From NCBI GenBank assembly GCA_963729895.1, contig CAVSQB010000023.1, forward strand, positions 7,594 to 71,593: a stretch of DNA of 64,000 nt, given 5' to 3'. The notes below the pieces were generated by a model that searched no databases, was not told the DNA's origin, and worked only from the letters and a program-made list of their open reading frames with translations. This document shows, in pieces, positions 62,547-64,000 of this stretch. The DNA comes from an uncultured Fibrobacterota bacterium (GTDB taxonomy: Bacteria; Fibrobacterota; Chitinivibrionia; Chitinivibrionales; FEN-1185). Every line of letters starts with the position of its first letter. The stretch's first letter is position 1. Both the position numbers and the translations under genes were made by a program.

Positions 62547-63530
62547 ATGCTTGCCAAGCTCCGATCCATGTCGGTCATAGGCATCGACGCATTTGAAATC
62601 GGCATCGAGGCCGACATCACGGAGATGCTCCCGAGTTTCACCATTGTAGGCCTTCCCGACGGCGCCGTACGGGAGAGCCGCGAACGGGTGATGTCGGCCA
62701 TCAAGAACTGCGGCTTCGAATTCCCCAGCCGCAAGGTGACGATCAACATGGCTCCCGCAGATGTCAAGAAAGAAGGCTCGGCCTTCGACCTGCCTATCGC
62801 CATCGGGCTTCTCATGGCCTCAAATCAGGTGGACATCACCTCGACGCAGGATTACATGGTAGTGGGCGAGTTGTCGCTTGACGGATCGGTACGGCAGGTG
62901 AAGGGCATGCTGTCGATGGCCATTTGCGCGCGCGAACTCGGCATCAAGGGCATGATCGTCCCTCAGCAGAACGCCGAGGAAGCGGCCGTGGCCGAGGGTC
63001 TCGACATTTTCCCGGTATCCAGCTTGTCGGCCGCGCTTGAATTTCTTGCCGGCGGCCGAACCATAGAACCCTTCCGGATAGATCTGAAAGACCTGTTCAA
63101 CCGATCCCGCGAGTACGCGATCGATTTTCGTGACGTCAAGGGCCAGGAACATGTCAAGCGCGCCTTGCTCGTTGCCGCGTCCGGCGGCCACAACATCATT
63201 ATGGTTGGAAGCCCGGGAACGGGGAAAACAATGCTGTCCCGGCGGCTGCCCACCATATTGCCCGATCTTACCCTTGATGAGGCGCTGGAGACGACGAAAA
63301 TCCATTCCGTGGCGGGTATGCTTGATCGCAACACCCCGCTTCTGGCCACCCGGCCGTTTCGCTCGCCGCACCACACCATATCCGATGCGGGCCTCATCGG
63401 CGGCGGATCGTACCCGCGTCCGGGCGAAGTGAGCCTGTCTCACCACGGCGTTCTGTTCCTCGACGAATTACCGGAATTCACGAAGAATGTCCTGGAGAAC
63501 CCCCGACAGCCGACCTCTGTGTGGAATTAA
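62547..63530 (+). pseudogene. comM: comM/yifB (Mg-chelatase-like AAA+ protein), truncated after about residue 320
   Basis: The N-terminal Lon-protease-like domain and the AAA+ Walker A (GSPGTGKTM) and Walker B ([10 protein letters not shown]) motifs are intact. Homology stops near 63510 (..VLENPRQP then TSVWN-stop), and full-length proteins are about 500 aa. GC content drops downstream. Confidence 0.75.
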
Positions 63531-63807
63531 GATCCGCAAAATTGCCTGTTTCCGAGTAAAAACCTCGATTTTCAAAAGAGATCGCTATTGGGACTGTAGG
63601 CGAATCCCCTCTTCTAGAGCCGCTAAAACCCTTGGAATCTCGGTGAAAACTCTTAAGAATCGAGAAAGAAGAGGATTCTACCCTCCGCGCAAAAGGCATC
63701 CACATAGCTACTACCGGTATTATTCGCCGGAGGAAATCGAGGAGCTGAAGAAAATCAATAGGAAAAACAAAACCGCAATAAAAACGAGAAGGCATTTAAC
63801 AAGATGA
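63487..63807 (+). CDS. small MerR/excisionase-type HTH protein in the inserted DNA (start uncertain)
   Basis: [23 protein letters not shown]...[13 protein letters not shown] is a typical excisionase/MerR-like HTH followed by a wing. The only in-frame ATG overlaps the comM remnant. Confidence 0.4.
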   Translation: MSWRTPDSRPLCGIKIRKIACFRVKTSIFKRDRYWDCRRIPSSRAAKTLGISVKTLKNRERRGFYPPRKRHPHSYYRYYSPEEIEELKKINRKNKTAIKTRRHLTR

Positions 63808-63833
63808 ACAAGGTAACCGTTGGTTTATCCAAC

Positions 63834-64000
63834 CTATTTCCCTTCATAACGAGTTGGAAGGGCAATGTCAAATCTCCTGGCAATTTCACGGGCTGTTTTT
63901 CCCGCTGGCACTGGTGTATATTGCTTGAATACCTCATTCTTACCATAATCTATTAAGAACGTAATAGATAATGAAAGTGAACCTGCTGCACATCCTCCAA
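63834..64000 (-). CDS. 3' end of a gene running in from outside the window; C-terminal HTH (recombinase/regulator-like)
   Basis: This frame is open to the window edge and is absent from the ORF track because it has no Met inside the window. It ends ...PAGKTAREIARRFDIALPTRYEGK-stop (TAG complement at 63834-63836). Confidence 0.3.
   Translation of the reverse strand, partial: GGCAAGSLSLSITFLIDYGKNEVFKQYTPVPAGKTAREIARRFDIALPTRYEGK

Noticed and set aside
1-64000. Search for tRNA, rRNA, tmRNA, RNase P and CRISPR arrays
   Set aside because: No T-loop/acceptor-like pattern, rRNA-like conserved block or regularly spaced direct repeat was seen by eye. A tRNAscan, Infernal or CRISPR-finder run would be needed to be certain.

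Overview
This is a 64-kb chromosomal window, roughly 55-57% GC judged by eye, from a diderm bacterium. I cannot assign the lineage from sequence alone. All calls come from reading the translated ORFs and the DNA by eye. No database search was run.

Gene content, left to right:
- ileS (3' part), an LpxL-like acyltransferase, then an lptC / lptA / lptB / rpoN / lipA / hpf / mlaD / HPr block. An IS110-family element sits between lptC and lptA, and an IS5-family element sits between lptB and rpoN.
- hom-thrC, then a second, near-identical IS5 copy, then an ApgM-like gene that I read as the proposed non-canonical homoserine kinase.
- A WbaP-type sugar transferase, nikR and ygiD.
- A roughly 14-kb minus-strand metal-uptake block: two TonB-dependent receptors plus a Vibrio TonB2-style set (DUF3450 protein, large ExbB-like protein, an in-frame ExbB-ExbD fusion, TonB, TPR protein). 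It diverges from a cbiM/N/Q/O-type Ni/Co ECF transporter.
- A sigma-54 unit: a sensor kinase, an NtrC-type activator, and a small secreted protein with a consensus -24/-12 promoter.
- A RACo-like Fe-S/ATPase protein and trpS.
- An SPFH/zinc-ribbon gene pair, then exported LTD and LamG proteins.
- An isolated tssA / tssB-tssC-hcp type VI secretion module, split by an IS1380-like element.
- A sigma-70 family factor, glgC, a LysM protein and argJ.
- A comM gene truncated by low-GC foreign DNA at the window edge.

Most interesting signals:
1. A roughly 330-nt structured intergenic repeat family in three copies. Its hairpins show compensatory base changes, and two copies carry the IS5.
2. Three near-identical perfect TGTGA-N6-TCACA operators upstream of tssA, hcp and the LTD gene.
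3. The ExbB-ExbD fusion, which keeps an internal Shine-Dalgarno sequence and ATG.
4. The disrupted comM.

No tRNA, rRNA or CRISPR array was recognised.
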